Below the pieces are notes generated by a model that searched no databases, was not told the origin of the DNA, and saw only the letters and a program-made list of their open reading frames with translations. Shown here piece after piece: positions 55,514-63,719 of a DNA stretch of 63,719 nt (positions are counted from its first letter, which is position 1; each line of letters opens with the position of its first letter). Source of the stretch: a virus (lineage: Duplodnaviria; Caudoviricetes). The stretch spans positions 1 through 63,719 of IMG/VR virus record IMGVR_UViG_3300036851_000548; one strand, given 5' to 3'. The position numbers and the translations under genes are program-made.

Positions 55514-57264
55514 GCGAAGAGGTCGTCGCTGGCGCGGACGGTGCCGGTGCCCTCGATCAGGCCGAGGGTGCGCAGCTTTGAGAGGGCGCCGCGGAAGCCG
55601 CCCCCTGCGGCCTCGTAGCCGGTCTGTGCGGCGACCTCGGCCACGTCGATCCAGCCGCCCCCGTTGCTGCTGTGGGCGTCGTAGACGGCCTGCAGGACGG
55701 CGCGCTCGGCTGCGCGGTTCATCTGGCCGAGCCAGTAGTCGAGCAGCGCCCGCCCCTGCGGTAGCGGCTCCCACTGCCCGTCGATCGCGGCGAGGCCCGC
55801 CTCCGTGATCCGGAGGTCGCCCTGCCCGACGATCAGGCCGTGCGTCCGCAGCTTCGAGAGGGCGCCGCGGAAACCGCCGCCGCCCTTCGCGTACCCGGCC
55901 TGGATCGCGACCTGCCGGACGGTGCGCGACTCGGGAGAGTGCTGCGCCAGGACAGCCAGCACGGCCCGCTCCGCCCTCCGGTTCAGCGCCACGCCGGGGT
56001 CGGCCCCGGCGACGTTCGGCACGGCGGGTCGCCTCGGCGGCGGCGGGGGCTTCCGCGCGGGCGGCTGCGGCACCTCCGGCCGGGACGGCACATCGCGGGC
56101 GATGTCGATCGCGAGGTCGTAGTCGGCGTCGAGCATCTTCAGCCTGTACTCGGCGCTCTCGATCAGCGCCTGCCCCTGGCCGCGAAGTCCCTCGTAGTCG
56201 GCGCGGATCGCGTCGCGCAGCGGGGCGGGGAACACGGGCACCTCGACGCTGACCTCAACCGGCTCGGCGGGCTCCGCCTCGGGGCGCTCGGCCAGCTGCC
56301 GCTGCAGGTCGCGGATCTGCCGCCGCAGCTCGTCGGGGTCGTTCGCCTTCGCGCGCTCGACGGTCGCGGCCATCTGCTCCCCGAGCGCGGCGAGGTCGAG
56401 TTCCTTGCGGGCGGTCGGCTCGACCAGCGTCTCGCCCGGCTTCGGCTTCGCGAACGAGTCGAACGTGCGGATCCGCCGGAGGGCGACATTTTCCAGGATG
56501 CCGCGCAGCGGCGACCACACCCACGCGGTGCCGTCGGGGAGGGAGTCGAGCGTGGCGATCACGCCGCGGTCGTCGTCCTCGTGCTTCTCCATGATCCAGC
56601 CGCGCACCGCGTCGCGCGCCCGCGGGGAGAGCATCCGCATGACGATCAGTGTCTCGATCAGATCGAGCACGGCCTTGTTCAGCGACTGCGTCCGCTGCGT
56701 CGTCAAGACGACGCCGAGGCCGCGCGACCGGCCGAGTCCGACGACGTCCTCCATCGCCCCCATCAGCCTCGCGGAGTCGCCCTTGAAGCCGCCGCGCGGC
56801 GTCTGCGGCGCGTAGAAGTGCGCCTCGTCCATGATCAGCAGCGTCGTGGTGCGCGCGCGGGCCTTTCGGTCGTAGAGGCGCTCCAGGAAGTCGGCTGCGA
56901 ACCGCACGGCGCCCGACTTCGACATGTCCGAGAGGTCGAGCACGAACGAGTGCCCGGAGTCGACCGCGAGGTCGGCGATCAGGACACCGGCGTGCGGCTC
57001 CAGCGGCACGTCGCCGTGCGGTCCGCCGAGGACGTAGATCGGCAGGCCCGGCCCGTCGCCCTTCCGGTTCGAGCGGAGGCCCCAGTAGACCCCGGTGCGG
57101 TCGAAGATCACAGACTGCACGCCGATCGGGAAGGACTCCTCGACGATGACGGCGCTTGCGCTCGACTTCCCGGCGCCGCGGGTCGCGACGATCGCGGTCG
57201 CCTCGGTGACGAGGTCGAGCGGCAGCGCGAGGGTGCGGCTGATCTTCAGGGTTGCGGGGGGCAC
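55510..57264 (-). CDS. HerA/FtsK-superfamily ATPase with duplicated C-terminal wHTH
   Basis: ATRGAGKS, MDEAH, GRSRGLG, TQR; GGGFRGALSKLRT occurs twice. Confidence 0.82.
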   Translation of the reverse strand: MPPATLKISRTLALPLDLVTEATAIVATRGAGKSSASAVIVEESFPIGVQSVIFDRTGVYWGLRSNRKGDGPGLPIYVLGGPHGDVPLEPHAGVLIADLAVDSGHSFVLDLSDMSKSGAVRFAADFLERLYDRKARARTTTLLIMDEAHFYAPQTPRGGFKGDSARLMGAMEDVVGLGRSRGLGVVLTTQRTQSLNKAVLDLIETLIVMRMLSPRARDAVRGWIMEKHEDDDRGVIATLDSLPDGTAWVWSPLRGILENVALRRIRTFDSFAKPKPGETLVEPTARKELDLAALGEQMAATVERAKANDPDELRRQIRDLQRQLAERPEAEPAEPVEVSVEVPVFPAPLRDAIRADYEGLRGQGQALIESAEYRLKMLDADYDLAIDIARDVPSRPEVPQPPARKPPPPPRRPAVPNVAGADPGVALNRRAERAVLAVLAQHSPESRTVRQVAIQAGYAKGGGGFRGALSKLRTHGLIVGQGDLRITEAGLAAIDGQWEPLPQGRALLDYWLGQMNRAAERAVLQAVYDAHSSNGGGWIDVAEVAAQTGYEAAGGGFRGALSKLRTLGLIEGTGTVRASDDLFA

Positions 57265-57276
57265 TCGCGTATCAGG

Positions 57277-57795
57277 CTACGCCGTGGGTCGGACGGTGCC
57301 CGCCAGGGCGCGCGTCAGCAGGGCGAGCGCGCCGGGGTCGGGCGTCCACAGTCCGAGCTCGCCCTTCGCGGGGACGGGGTCGGGGAGCCGCACGACGTCC
57401 TCCAGGAACCATGCGTAGCGGTCGCGGCTGTAGTCCCCGAACGCGGCCTCGCGAAGCACGGCCTCGCCGTCGGCGTCGGGCGCGCCGAACAGTCGGCGGG
57501 TGCCGCCGATCTCGTTTGTGGAACAGACATCGGCGAGGTTCGCGACCGCGAGGATCGAGCCGAGCGGCAGCACCTTCTGCGGTGACAGCAGCGCAAGGCC
57601 GCCGAGACCCTCGCGTCGGAGCGCGGCGGCGAACGGCTCGGACGAGCAGAGCGCGCGGGCGTGCGGCGGGAACCCCTTGGCGGCGTGGATCGCGAGCAGG
57701 CCGCGGTACGGCGTCGACCAAGAGCGGGTCTCGATCCGCTTCTCCCCGGCGGCGACGAGCGTCGCCCACGGCTGCGTGAGCGTCAGCGCCCTCAC
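57277..57795 (-). CDS. ASCH-domain protein
   Basis: QPWA...GEKRIETR...YRG.LAIHA...GLW. Confidence 0.88.
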   Translation of the reverse strand: MRALTLTQPWATLVAAGEKRIETRSWSTPYRGLLAIHAAKGFPPHARALCSSEPFAAALRREGLGGLALLSPQKVLPLGSILAVANLADVCSTNEIGGTRRLFGAPDADGEAVLREAAFGDYSRDRYAWFLEDVVRLPDPVPAKGELGLWTPDPGALALLTRALAGTVRPTA

Positions 57796-58316
57796 CCGGT
57801 CGCCGTCAGGTGCGCGTCGAGGATCGCGAGGTCGGCCTCGTGCTTCGCGTGCTCCTCGCTGCCGAGGTCGTGGCTGTGCGCGAACCGCTTGTGCTGCCTG
57901 ATGAGTTCCAGCGGGATGCAGCGCCAGCCGACGGTGTAGGTGGCGAAAACGGCGTCGCGGTCTCGGAAGCGGATGCCGACGGACTCGGCCCGTTCGAAGC
58001 ACTGCCGGACGCTCATCCAGTCGGCGTCGCGGGCCGTCCACTCGTAGAACACGTGCAGCGGCGGGTCGTCCCCGAGGTCCCATGCGAGCAGCGGCGGGTC
58101 CCCGGCGCGGGGGGTCAGGACGGCCGCGCCGGTGCGGCCGAGCAGTTCGCCCCAGACGCGGCGGTTCACGAACACGTCCACGTCCCCCGGCGGCCGCCCG
58201 ACGTCGACGCCGTGCAGGTAGAGCACCGCCGAGCCGAAGAGGACGTACTCCGAGTCGAACGCCCCGGCGAGCGCGAGCACCTGATCGAGCACGCCGAGCG
58301 TCGTGTCCACGCTCAC
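57792..58316 (-). CDS. nucleotidyltransferase-like protein
   Basis: FGSAVL...GDVDVFV (GS...DxD), late K...DL. Confidence 0.6.
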   Translation of the reverse strand: MSVDTTLGVLDQVLALAGAFDSEYVLFGSAVLYLHGVDVGRPPGDVDVFVNRRVWGELLGRTGAAVLTPRAGDPPLLAWDLGDDPPLHVFYEWTARDADWMSVRQCFERAESVGIRFRDRDAVFATYTVGWRCIPLELIRQHKRFAHSHDLGSEEHAKHEADLAILDAHLTATG

Positions 58317-58888
58317 GCGAGCAGCTCGTCGACGAGCGCCTTCAGGTCGGGGTAGAGCGGCTCGACCGCCTCGCGGAACTCGACGCTCTCGCGGAGCACG
58401 GCCGCCCGGGCGCGGAGCCGGTCGAGCCTCTCGCTCGCCTGCTTCAGTTCCCACTTCGTCTTGTGCTGCTTGTCCTGCAGCGCCTTCAGCTGCTTGCCGC
58501 GCTCGCGGAGCCGGTCGACGGCGCGGGGGTTCTCGGCGTCGCCGACCCGCCACGGCTTCATGTACCGGATCTGCCGCAGGCTCGGGAACCGGCCTCGGAA
58601 CCGCCAGCCGCGGTCATCGATGTAGAAGAGGGCGGGCACCTTCTCGGCCGTGACGAGGACGGGGCCGTCGAATCCGTGCTGGCGCAGGTACGCCTCGGCC
58701 GCCTCCGCCCCGCCGTCGTGGCGGGCGCGGATCACGACGTCGTAGTCGGCCGCGGCGAGCTCCCGGAGGAAGTCGATCGCGCCGTCGACGGGCGGGTCGG
58801 GGATCACGTCGGCGCCCTTCCAGCCAGACGTGTAGCTGTGGATGACGCCGTCGAAGTCGACCGCGACCGCGTACCTCTGTTCGCCCAT
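58313..58888 (-). CDS. HAD-superfamily phosphatase
   Basis: VDFDGVI, K...YIDDR. Confidence 0.82.
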   Translation of the reverse strand: MGEQRYAVAVDFDGVIHSYTSGWKGADVIPDPPVDGAIDFLRELAAADYDVVIRARHDGGAEAAEAYLRQHGFDGPVLVTAEKVPALFYIDDRGWRFRGRFPSLRQIRYMKPWRVGDAENPRAVDRLRERGKQLKALQDKQHKTKWELKQASERLDRLRARAAVLRESVEFREAVEPLYPDLKALVDELLA

Positions 58889-59276
58889 CAGTCCTCCTCG
58901 CACTCCTCGTGGATCCATTCCTCATCGTCGTCGAGGACGATGTCGTCGCCCGGCTCGATCCACTCGCCGCAAGCGGCGCACTTCGACCGGAACTCGGCCT
59001 CGTACACGTTCCCGTTGCTCACTGCGGCACCGGCGCGGGGTCGACGACGAGGCCGAGCGCGACGAGGTGGGCGCACAGGGTCGGGGCCGGGCACGAGCAG
59101 GACGACACGCCGCGCCGCCGCCGGAGGCGGTAGACGCCGTGGTCGCCTTCGCAGGTCGCGTTCACGGCGTCGTGGCCGTCGACCTCGCCGCGGCGCTCCA
59201 CCGTCAGCCTGCCCTCGACGAGCAGCCGCTGCGCCTTCTCCAGGACCTCCTCGCTGACCTCTACCGCGTCGGGCAC
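58888..59276 (-). CDS. two small Zn-binding genes (58888-59022; SWIM-like 59019-59276)
   Basis: CAAC...HEEC; CSC....CAH. Confidence 0.6.
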
Positions 59277-59953
59277 TAGGACTCCTCGCCGAGCGCCTCG
59301 CGCAGCTGCATCATCGGCTCCGCAGGGACGAGGTACGCGCCGTCCGGGGTCGGCTGCGCCTGCTGGTGGATGAGCCTGGCGGCGTGCTCGATCCGCTCGC
59401 CGATCGTCAGCATGGCCCCGGGGCCGGGCGGCGGCTCCGGCCCCGGCTCGGGCAGGCCGCCCTTCGCCTCCCGGATCGCGTCGCGCAGTTCGTTCCGCGT
59501 CCAGCCGGAGTCGATCGCCTTCTGCAGCCACTGCGACTGCTCCTCCGGCTCCAAGGGGGAGACCTCGGCGTGGATCCAGAAGCCGAGTTCCTTCCGACGC
59601 CGCGAGCGCGCGACCTTCGCACAGACCGACCTGATGTTCATCAAGGTGCCGTGGTCGAGGCCGGTCGTCCGCGCCGCCTCGTCGTACCGCTCCCGGGTCG
59701 TGCTCTCGACGCCCTGCGCGGCGTCCTCCCCGTAGACGGACTCCCCGAAGATGAGCCAGTCGCCGATGTACCAACGGGCGCGTCGGTCGATCGAGCCGAG
59801 GAACCGGCCGAGCGCCTCCCACGCCTCGATCTTCATGTCGGGGTCGGTCAGGGTGAGGGAGACCTCGTCGGCCTTCCCCTCCGCCTCCAGCGAGAGCAGG
59901 AGCTGGATCGCGCCGTGGCGCTCCTCCTCGTCGTGCCGCACCAGGTCAGTCAT
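59276..59953 (-). CDS. LmbU-like transcriptional regulator
   Basis: W...G..L......RWYIGDWLIFGE..YG; H.EV; WL..A....W...LR. Confidence 0.7.
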   Translation of the reverse strand: MTDLVRHDEEERHGAIQLLLSLEAEGKADEVSLTLTDPDMKIEAWEALGRFLGSIDRRARWYIGDWLIFGESVYGEDAAQGVESTTRERYDEAARTTGLDHGTLMNIRSVCAKVARSRRRKELGFWIHAEVSPLEPEEQSQWLQKAIDSGWTRNELRDAIREAKGGLPEPGPEPPPGPGAMLTIGERIEHAARLIHQQAQPTPDGAYLVPAEPMMQLREALGEES

Positions 59954-60235
59954 CGTCGTCGCCTTCCTCCTCGTCGGCGGTGTCGAGGCAGTCGAAGTGG
60001 GCTCCGCCCCCGCCGAGTCCGGGCTGCCACGGCCTTGTGTCGTCGAGCGGCTTCCCGCACACGTCGCAGGTCACTCGTCCTCGCCCAGGATCAGCTCCAC
60101 CGTGTCTGAGCCGAGGAACGGCTGCACGAACTCGGCCCGTTCGATCTCGATCGGCCTTTGGAACGAGTTGAGCCTGACGAGTACCTCCGCGTCGGGGTGC
60201 AGTTGGAGCAGCGCGAGCAGGTCGCGGGCGGTCAC
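59950..60235 (-). CDS. two small hypothetical genes (59950-60074; 60071-60235)
   Basis: GTGA/ATGA overlaps. Confidence 0.45.
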
Positions 60236-61347
60236 GCGAGCACGGGCCTCTCCGGCATCTCGCGCCAGGTGGTGCCGTCGAGGACGTGCCCCCCGGCGTC
60301 GGGGCCGCTCCCGGCGTAGCGCATCCGGACGGCGCCGTTCATCTCCGAGCCGAGGCCGAGCGCGTCCATGCTCAGGCGGGTCTCGACTCGCCCGTCCGGT
60401 GCGACCCACACGCCGTCGGGGTCGCGGCCGTGCGGGTCCTCGACCCACGCGCCCCACTGCTTGAAGTGGAACACGGGGCGGTCGTCGGGAGGGTGGCAGC
60501 AGCCGTCGCCGCACGGGATCATGTCGCCCCATAGGACGTGGTCGCGGATCTCTCGCGCCCACTGCGGGTGCATCGGCCGGGCCGGAGGGATGTCGCTGCC
60601 ATCGCGGACGCGGCGCGGCCCGGACTCGCCGCCGACGATGACGAGGCCGATGTCATCGAGGTCGAGAGGGGCGGGGGCTGCGCGGCCCCGCGCCCCCCTC
60701 TGCGCGCCGTCTGCGGCAGGGACCCCGCCGGGTGTGCCCGTCGTGACGCGGTCGCGCTCGGACGAGGGGGGCGGGCTGCCGCCCGGGCCATTCAACCCCG
60801 ACTGAGGCTCTGCGCGCGAGCCTGACGGGAGCACCTCGTTTCCCTCGCCCGAGGGGTAGAGCGAGCCGACGAGCGGCTCGCAGGATAGGAACCTGAGCGC
60901 GGCCGGGATCCGGCGCAGCTGGTCGGCGCGATGGTTGAAGCGCGCCGTCTCGATCGAGACGCCGAGCCAGACGTTCGGCCACCCGTCGCCCCAGTCGGCC
61001 GGGAGGCAGCGGTGGATGCGGCCGGGCCGCTTCGTCAGGATCATGTACGTGTGCTGCGGGGAGCGTCGGATCACGTCCCACGCCTCGTCGCGCCACGGGT
61101 CGGCGTCGGCGTGGAACCAGTCGCTCCAGGAGCAGGTGAAGATGACCGACGGGTCCGCGCCCCGCCAGCGCCTGACGGGCGCGTAGAACGTGGGGTCGGC
61201 GGCGCGGACGACGATCTCGGGGTCGCGGCCGTAGCGTCGCTGGTCGCGGAACATGTAGCAGCCGTCGCAGCCGGTGCTGACGCGGGTGCAGCCGCGCCAC
61301 GGGTTCCACGTCTTCTGCGCCCAGGAGATGCTGGTCTCGTCACCCAC
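60232..61347 (-). CDS. DUF5131 (gp37/gp68-like) radical-SAM-like protein
   Basis: TWNPWRGC..VS.GC..CY, LTKRP, NVWLGVS, FLSCEPL, GGESG, FKQWG. Confidence 0.9.
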   Translation of the reverse strand: MGDETSISWAQKTWNPWRGCTRVSTGCDGCYMFRDQRRYGRDPEIVVRAADPTFYAPVRRWRGADPSVIFTCSWSDWFHADADPWRDEAWDVIRRSPQHTYMILTKRPGRIHRCLPADWGDGWPNVWLGVSIETARFNHRADQLRRIPAALRFLSCEPLVGSLYPSGEGNEVLPSGSRAEPQSGLNGPGGSPPPSSERDRVTTGTPGGVPAADGAQRGARGRAAPAPLDLDDIGLVIVGGESGPRRVRDGSDIPPARPMHPQWAREIRDHVLWGDMIPCGDGCCHPPDDRPVFHFKQWGAWVEDPHGRDPDGVWVAPDGRVETRLSMDALGLGSEMNGAVRMRYAGSGPDAGGHVLDGTTWREMPERPVLA

Positions 61348-62298
61348 CGGCCGCGCTCCCGACGGGGCGAGCCCCGGCCGCTAGAGCCGCGCGGCGGTCG
61401 CAGGCGAGGCAGCCGCTGTAGGTGATCGGGCCGTCATCGTCCCACTCGTGGCCGCACCTCGGGCAGATGGCGGTGTCGGGCGAGTCGGGGACGCGTCTCC
61501 AGTCGCCGCCGTATCGGGAGGCGTTCTCGTACTCCCCGACGGCCGCCTCCAGGGGCCAGCGGGAGAGGACGATCCGGAGCACCGTGTCGAGGCCGCGGTA
61601 GAGCTCCTTGTAGCGGTCGAGCAGTTCGTCGGGGAGGTTCCCGCCCGAGTCGTAGGCGTGCGGGTCGCCGCCGAGCAGCTCGTGGATCCGCTTCTCCTGG
61701 AAGCCGCTGACCCCGAGCGGGCGCTTCGCGTCGAAGGCGGGGCCGCCCCAGAGGTCGTCGCCCTGCCAGACGATGTTCGCCGCCTGAAGCAGCGCGATGT
61801 GCTCGGCCGTGACGGTGAACCGTTGCGGGGGACTCACGCCGCTCAACGTATCAGGCTACGCGGACGGAGGCTAGGGCGCGAGCGCCCAGTCGCGGATCAT
61901 CCGGTCGGCGACCTCCAGCGGCGTGACCTCGACGGACGAGGCCAGGTTCGCGCGCCGGTACTCCTCCAGGAACACCTCCCGCGACGGCGGGGACGGCAGG
62001 ACGGCCTCCAGGCGGATCATCGCCTCCTCGAACGCGGCGGCTCGCGCGAGCTGCGACCGGACGGACGCGAGGAACCCGAGCGCCCTCACAGGAACGACCT
62101 GACGAGGTCGGCGTGCTCGCGGCACAGGGCCTCATGCTCGCGAACGAGCCTGGCCGCCGCCGCCCGGAAGATCCCGCCGGGGAGCGCGGAGGCAAGGGAG
62201 AACTTCAGCCGCGTCCACGTGATCCGCAGTTCGAGCCACTCGTCCCACCTGCGTGCGAGCCGTTCGGCCTCGCGGTAGGGGTCGGCGGCCGCGCTCAT
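61340..62298 (-). CDS. three hypothetical genes (61340-61846; 61871-62089; 62086-62298)
   Basis: packing; leaderless TTG 6 nt after TAGCCT for the 61846 gene. Confidence 0.55.
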
Positions 62299-62681
62299 GC
62301 GGCGCGGGCGCGGGTCCGCTGCGGCGGCTCGGGCAGCGCGAGGCCGTAGTGGTCGCAGAGCGCCGCGAGGATCTCCCGCTGCAGCGACCGTCCGTGCACG
62401 TTCGCCTCGGCGCCGATCGCGGTCTTCAGGTCCCAGGGGATCCGGAGGTTTAGTTCCTCGCCGTCGGGGCTGGCAGCGGTCTTGCGGCCGGTCGGCTCGA
62501 ACGGGACGCGGTACCTGGCCGCGAGGATCTCGTTCGCGACGTCGGTCAGGTTCGAGCCGCGCGCCTCGGCATCCGCGACCAGCCTCGGCCTCAGTTCCTC
62601 CGGCGCGAGCCGTTCGCCGCCCGGCCTCGACCTGAGCCGGACGAACGCCTGGAAGTAGCCGTTCCCGTTCGATCCCTCCAT
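62295..62681 (-). CDS. tandem ribbon-helix-helix (Arc-like) regulator
   Basis: LNLRIPWDLKTAIGAEANVHGRSLQREI and a similar upstream EELR..L...A...GSNLTDVANEI. Confidence 0.7.
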   Translation of the reverse strand: MEGSNGNGYFQAFVRLRSRPGGERLAPEELRPRLVADAEARGSNLTDVANEILAARYRVPFEPTGRKTAASPDGEELNLRIPWDLKTAIGAEANVHGRSLQREILAALCDHYGLALPEPPQRTRARAA

Positions 62682-62716
62682 ATCCGGATACACGATAGCG
62701 CGGCTGGCGGCTGACG

Positions 62717-63217
62717 TCACGGCCCGAGGCTCCGCTGCGTCGGCCCGAGCGGGAGCAGGTCGGCGCCGAGCTGCGCCTCCCGGACGGCGCGGGCGCGCAT
62801 GTCGCGGAAGATCCGGAGGAACTGCCCTCGGACGACGCCCGGCTCGTCGGCAGTCCTGAACGCGGCGAAGCCGCCGACCTGCGCGAGCGCGTCGAGAACG
62901 ATCGGGTGGACGGCCGGGGGGTCGCCGTCGCGGTCGGCCTCGTCGACGCGCGCCCACGCGACCCGGGCGTGCACCTGCTCCAGCGCGGCGGCCTCGCCGG
63001 GGAGCGCGAGCGCGCGCTCCGCGACCGCCTCCCGCAGTTCGCGGACGGTCGGGAAGAAGTCCTTGGTGCGGATCATCTCGCGGACGGCGGCCTCCAGCAG
63101 CGCGGGCGGTACGTCGTCGAGCTCGCGCAGGTAGACAGCGAACGTCTCGCGGGGGACGGCCTGGCGGGGGAAGGCGCGGGCAAGGTCGGCGAGTATCTGC
63201 TGCGGCGTCGGCGTCAC
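62717..63217 (-). CDS. replicative helicase loader/inhibitor (G39P-like)
   Basis: L.D.P...L..A........FFPTV.ELR motif; near DnaB. Confidence 0.65.
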   Translation of the reverse strand: MTPTPQQILADLARAFPRQAVPRETFAVYLRELDDVPPALLEAAVREMIRTKDFFPTVRELREAVAERALALPGEAAALEQVHARVAWARVDEADRDGDPPAVHPIVLDALAQVGGFAAFRTADEPGVVRGQFLRIFRDMRARAVREAQLGADLLPLGPTQRSLGP

Positions 63218-63585
63218 CGCACGCCCATGAGAGCATCGCGGATGGCGAACGCCCGCTGCCCCGCTGAGTCACATTGGCACAGTTCGACGGCGAGCACGAC
63301 CTGGTCGCGCTTGATCCTCGTCCACGGCAGGACGACCTCTCCAAACGCCGCCACGTCAGATCGCGCGTAGATCCTCCATGCCCACAGCTCGCGAGGCGGC
63401 TTCCGCATACGGGTCACGCTGCCGATGCGGGTGAGACGCTGGAGTTCGTTGAGAACGGCCGGGCTCTTCTGCGTGATCTGGATCCACGCCGTTACGCGTC
63501 CCCGCGTTATCCCCGCCCCGACGCTGCCCTCGCCGTCGAAGAACCCCGACAGATAGGCGGCGTCGACATCGCGTAACTTCGCCAC
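63214..63585 (-). CDS. single-motif LAGLIDADG homing endonuclease, free-standing
   Basis: AYLSGFFDGEGS, ITQK, LPWTRIKRDQ. Confidence 0.85.
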   Translation of the reverse strand: MAKLRDVDAAYLSGFFDGEGSVGAGITRGRVTAWIQITQKSPAVLNELQRLTRIGSVTRMRKPPRELWAWRIYARSDVAAFGEVVLPWTRIKRDQVVLAVELCQCDSAGQRAFAIRDALMGVR

Positions 63586-63591
63586 GCGGTC

Positions 63592-63614
63592 AGGCTACGC
63601 GGCGGGTCGGACGG
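63592..63614 (-). promoter_or_regulatory. CCGTCCG-N10-TAGCCT promoter motif
   Basis: 6 nt before the GTG; the same motif occurs at 38296-38317, 41371-41393, 44626-44647 and 57274-57296. Confidence 0.75.
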
Positions 63615-63617
63615 GCT

Positions 63618-63719
63618 TTAGCCGGTCAGCCCGGGTGGCGCGGGGTCGCTGAAGCGGGTGTACCGCTTCACGAACGCGAGCTTGACGGTGTTCGTCGGGC
63701 CGTTCCTCTGCTTCGCGAC
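63618..63719 (-). CDS. dnaB: replicative DNA helicase, C-terminal end
   Basis: VAKQRNGPTNTVKLAFVKRYTRF is the canonical DnaB C-terminal motif (translated by hand). Confidence 0.85.
   Translation of the reverse strand, partial: VAKQRNGPTNTVKLAFVKRYTRFSDPAPPGLTG

Noticed and set aside
65-63576. Numerous long plus-strand ORFs (e.g. 5414-7657, 36418-38436, 48219-50444)
   Set aside because: They are antisense shadows of high-GC3 minus-strand genes, with no recognisable motifs or RBS.

Overview
This window is a ~64 kb segment of a very GC-rich tailed dsDNA phage or prophage. The host is probably actinobacterial, inferred from GC content and gene families. Essentially all real genes are on the minus strand, mostly coupled by ATGA/GTGA/TGATG overlaps; the long plus-strand ORFs look like shadow ORFs. 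Reading right to left, the window holds: (1) replication and regulation genes (DnaB 3' end, free-standing LAGLIDADG, helicase loader, RHH regulator, DUF5131, LmbU-like, HAD, NTase, ASCH, HerA-like ATPase, ParB, UvrD); (2) the small terminase; (3) a DNA-modification block (frameshifted C5 methylase, Mom-like enzyme, two amino-methylases, with a third upstream); (4) SNF2 helicase and large terminase; (5) a papain-like peptidase and an ~11 kb glycosyltransferase/methyltransferase/epimerase cluster; (6) an atypical initiator-type tRNA-Met; (7) a head module of portal, MuF-like multidomain protein, maturation protease and AAA ATPase, followed by virion accessory genes. The strongest leads are a shared [S/A/T]L[T/V]A[A/S] peptide at the domain boundaries of all four head-module proteins (candidate protease-released virion cargo: 2H phosphoesterase, ADP-ribosyltransferase-like domain, AAA ATPase), a candidate virion-glycosylation pathway, and a recurring CGTCCG-N10-TANNNT promoter overlapping a TATCNNGATA palindrome. 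All family assignments come from motifs recognised by eye; no searches were run. No major capsid gene, integrase or CRISPR array was recognised.
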